From the human T2T-CHM13v2.0 reference genome, Homo sapiens, in the NCBI RefSeq assembly GCF_009914755.1, contig NC_060926.1: a stretch of 64,000 nt of DNA; one strand, 5' to 3'. Each line of letters opens with the position of its first letter. Position 1 is the first letter of the stretch. Of the stretch, positions 58,620-64,000 are shown in pieces. The notes under the pieces were generated by a model, which was not told the origin of the DNA, did no database searches, and was given only the letters and a program-made list of their open reading frames with translations. Made by a program: the position numbers and the translations under genes.

Positions 58620-60978
58620 GAAAAGTTATGTTTTTCAAAACAAAAAAAGCAAAATAAATGGTATTGTTTCACATTTTTACAAATGTATTTAATGTCTAAC
58701 TCAGAGGAAGATGGCAGAATTCTCATATGTGCTCCTCTGTTAATTCTTTTGCAATACATTGTTTTGGTTGAGATATATGCAGAAATTCTGACCTGATAAA
58801 GACACATAGTCAGAAATAGAATATGTATGTTAATAGCTATTTCAGATCATTGTAGAGGTTTTTTGCTGTTACTTCCTGAAAACTAGATAAGTGCTAGATG
58901 CTTGAAGGTTAATTGCAGTGTAAAATCTGAATAATATTTTAATACTCTGCTACATTAAAGTCCATTGGTCCATCTTACATGTTGAAAGACTCTTACCCAC
59001 GTCTACTTCTGTAATATGAATTGGTCATTTGTAAAATATTAGTTCATTGAGTTATGCAGGTCTTCCAAATGTCAGTGGAGTTTATTATACAGCCATGCAC
59101 ATTATAATGGCTTTTAGGTCAATGACAGACTTCATATATATTGGTGGTCCCATTTGATTGTAATTCAGCTGAAAAGTTCTTATCCCCTAGTGACACAACC
59201 GTAGTAAGGTCATAGTAGCATGATTCATTACTCTGGTGTTTTTGGTGATGCTGGCATAAGTAAACCTACTGTGTTGCCTGTCCTGTAAAATTATATCACA
59301 TAGAATTACATATGGTACATAATAATAATGATAATAGACTACTACATTACTGGATTATGTATTTAATATACTACACTTTTATTATTTTACAGTGCATTCC
59401 TTCTACCTATTAAAACATAAGTTAACTGTATAATAGCCTCACGAATGTTCTTCAGGAGGTATTCCAGAAGAAGGCATGGTTATCATAGGAGATTTTAGCC
59501 CCATGCACCTTATTTACCCTGAAGACCTTCTAGTGGAATAGGATATGAAGGTGGAAGACAGTGATATTGATGATACTGACCCTGTGTAGGCCTAGGCTAA
59601 TATGTGTGTGTTTATGTCTTTGTTTTTTAAAAATAAAAATATTAAAATAGACAAAGGTTATGCAATAAGGACATAAAGAAGGAAAATATTTGTGTTCAGT
59701 TGTCAAATGTGTTTTTAAGCTAAGTGTTATTAGAAAAGTGTCAATGATGAAAAACATTGATAAAGTAAAGCAGTTACAGGAAGCTAAGGTTAATGTACTA
59801 CTAAAGAAAGAAAATTTTTTAATGCATTTAATGTAGACTGTGCAGTGCTTATAAAGTCTACAGTAGTGTGCAGTAATATCTTAGGCATTCATATTCACTC
59901 ACCACTCACTTACTGACTCACTCAGAGTAACTTCCAATCCTACAAGCTCCATTCTTGAAGTGCCCTATCCAGGTGTACCATTCTTTTTATCATTTATAAT
60001 GTTTTTTAACTATATATTTTCTATGTTTAGATACACAAGTAGTTACCATTATGTTTCAATTGCCTGTGATTTTCAGTGCACTAACAGGCAGTACAGGTTT
60101 GCAGCCTAGCAGTAATAGGCTGTATCTTATAGCATAGATATGCAGTAGACTTTAGCATCTGGGTTTGTGTAAGTACATTCTACGATGTCTGCACAACCAT
60201 GAAGTTGCCTAATAGCACATTCCTCAGAACATATCCCTGTCATTTAGTGACATGTGATTGTACAGTTGTTAAAAATCATGATGAATTTCACTAATGATTT
60301 CACTAGGAAAAGCTCACTAGAGAATTATTGAGAAATGATCAAACTTAAGATGGAGAATATCAGTTTTCTAAAATTCATTTTCTTGCTTGAAGGGGCTCGA
60401 ATTTTTTTGTTTGTAACAAATACAGCCAATTGTGGATTTTGTGAAGAAAAAGTTTACTTCATTTTGAAGAAAAACACCTGTCAGACACTTAAATCTGAAT
60501 AATTGTAGTTTGTTACTCATTCCTTCCAGTAAAAATAATGTTCTATGAGAAACAATGTGGTGAGTTTAGCTCATAACTCAAGCAACTGACCATATGCTTT
60601 TCCATGAGATAACCATCATATTTCGTATGCACTGGTGTTATTTTATTTTTTGACATACTGCACCACACAGATATTCAAAAGATGTTGAGAGTCAAGATGT
60701 AGTACAATTAATATTTTTTACTACTTCTGAACTGAAACTGGGTTTATTTTTAAATTGAGGCTATATGGCCATAAAGAATATAATGACAATTGTTTGATGT
60801 CACAGTGTCGACTTATGAAAGGGTGCCTGGAGTTTTATCAACCATTGCTTTTGTATCACAAGTGAAAATTTCAACCCATTGACAAGGACAATAATGTCTT
60901 CGTGTTATTATGAATACAGTTTTGATTTCTGTGACCCCTGTCTTCCTGAAGTCCACAACCATACACCAGAAACCTCTG
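58620..60978 (-). mobile_element. Charlie1-like hAT DNA transposon, split by Tigger3
   Basis: Resembles remembered Charlie1 antisense sequence (cattgagttatgcaggtcttccaaatg; ttgcttgaaggggctcgaa; accattgcttttg; acagttttga); continuous on both sides of 59090-60260. Outer ends approximate. Confidence 0.75.
59090..60260 (+). mobile_element. Tigger3b (MER7B)-like element, ~1.17 kb
   Basis: TA|cagccatgcac...gacatgtgattg|TA; both ends homologous to 16615-16947. Confidence 0.88.
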
Positions 60979-62349
60979 GTGTAGGCTAATAAAGACATGG
61001 AATAAAAATTTGGTCATGGTAATGTGATAGAATCAAGCAACATATGTGAAGGAGGAACTTAAATATGACTTTATAGAGCCATAACACTTTAGGGTAAAAG
61101 GAGGACATCATTTCAGGGTGTATGTGTGTACACATGTGTATGTATCACAGTGTGTAAATGCTCTTCTCCAAATGTGGAAAGCTTACATACATTTCTCATA
61201 TTTAGATTCTTTACTCATATTCAGGAGATGTTAATTTGAAAAAGGTCTCAGAAAGAGGTTTGAGAATCATTAGCATTTTGAATGATTGACTAATTTGGCT
61301 AATTAGAACTATGAGTAAATCCTAAAGCTCTTGACTTATGTAATCAATGGATGATAAGTTTGAGGTAAAATTTAATAATAGTCCTTCAGAACCTAAAGGT
61401 ACATTTCTTATTTGATGAGCACTTTGAGTCACTGCCAAAAATGAAAGAGCCTAGTATAAGATATACCAGAAATTTGAGAATCCTAAGAGATGCAAGCTAG
61501 TTTGCAGCTCATCATGTGTGTTTGTATGGGTTTTGTGTGTGTGCAAGCATGTATGTGTAGAGCTTCAAATAAAATTCTATACAAAGAATCAAACATGCCA
61601 AAGCAGCATTTTTCTGGTTGAAGAGGTCTAATCACATAACCTCTGTCCTTCCCTCATCTCTTCTCTATCCTGAAAGAGTTCACTAGAGTCCTTAGAACAC
61701 TGCTGGATATAGTGTGATTTAGTCCAACTCTTGGTCTTTGCAAATGCAAAAAATGATGCATAAATAAATGGAGTGATCTAACCAAAGAGATACCTGCTAG
61801 CGAAGGGTTGAATTAGGACTAAAATATGACCTTCTAACTCTGATCACTGTTTGTGAAGCATCATTGCCCATCCCCTTTTGAGAACAGAGAAGCAGAGGTT
61901 AGATTTATTACAGTATGCTGGGCACTGCAGGGAAGGTGAAGGCATTGTAGGTGGTAAACTTCTTGCAGTTTATGCTTTTGTTTTATGTACTCAGTATGAA
62001 TATCCTAAATATTATTTCTATATTTGTTGAAAAAAGAGCAGAGTTTTGTGAGAAAACAGAAAGAAGCAGATAATAAATTATATTTCATTTGTCAGCTGTC
62101 CTCCTCATTCTATTTAATACAGGCACAGTTTGGTCTTAATTTAGTTACTTACCCTATGTTGAGTTTTAAAAATGTATTTATAATTAAAATATGGCTTTCT
62201 GTATGAAAGTCCCATTTTGGAAATATACTCAGATAGGAAAGAACATTCATTGGATGATTGTCTGACCCAGGAAATAAATTAAATTAAGGAGTATGTATTA
62301 TTAGGCTTTGTAAGATACAGGGATAATCTGAGTCAAAAGTAGTTCTTGC

Positions 62350-64000
<1,651 letters not shown>

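Overview
AT-rich, repeat-dense primate (most likely human) genomic DNA, not prokaryotic. The only host coding sequence I can support is one 115-nt internal exon on the + strand (42149-42263). It encodes [38 protein letters not shown], which I recognise as the shared second exon of DPP10 (inactive dipeptidyl peptidase-like protein, Kv4 channel auxiliary subunit), carrying its single transmembrane anchor. This exon is missing from the supplied ORF track. The rest of the window is intronic: about 13 Alus, several L1 relics (one with a twin-priming 5' inversion), MaLR/ERVL solo LTRs, a near full-length Tigger1, Tigger3 and Charlie1 DNA transposons, MIR/MER5 fragments and microsatellites. Almost all ORFs in the track are repeat-derived or chance. 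I find no evidence for a new multi-gene biological system. The best second-look items are a ~110-nt G:U-rich hairpin at 30.6 kb, an old diverged local duplication (31.7/35.6 kb), a complex rearranged L1PB with templated inserts, inverted Alus around the transmembrane exon, and a few candidate regulatory or splice motifs. Repeat subfamily names come from memory of consensus sequences and were not computed; boundaries of old repeats are approximate.
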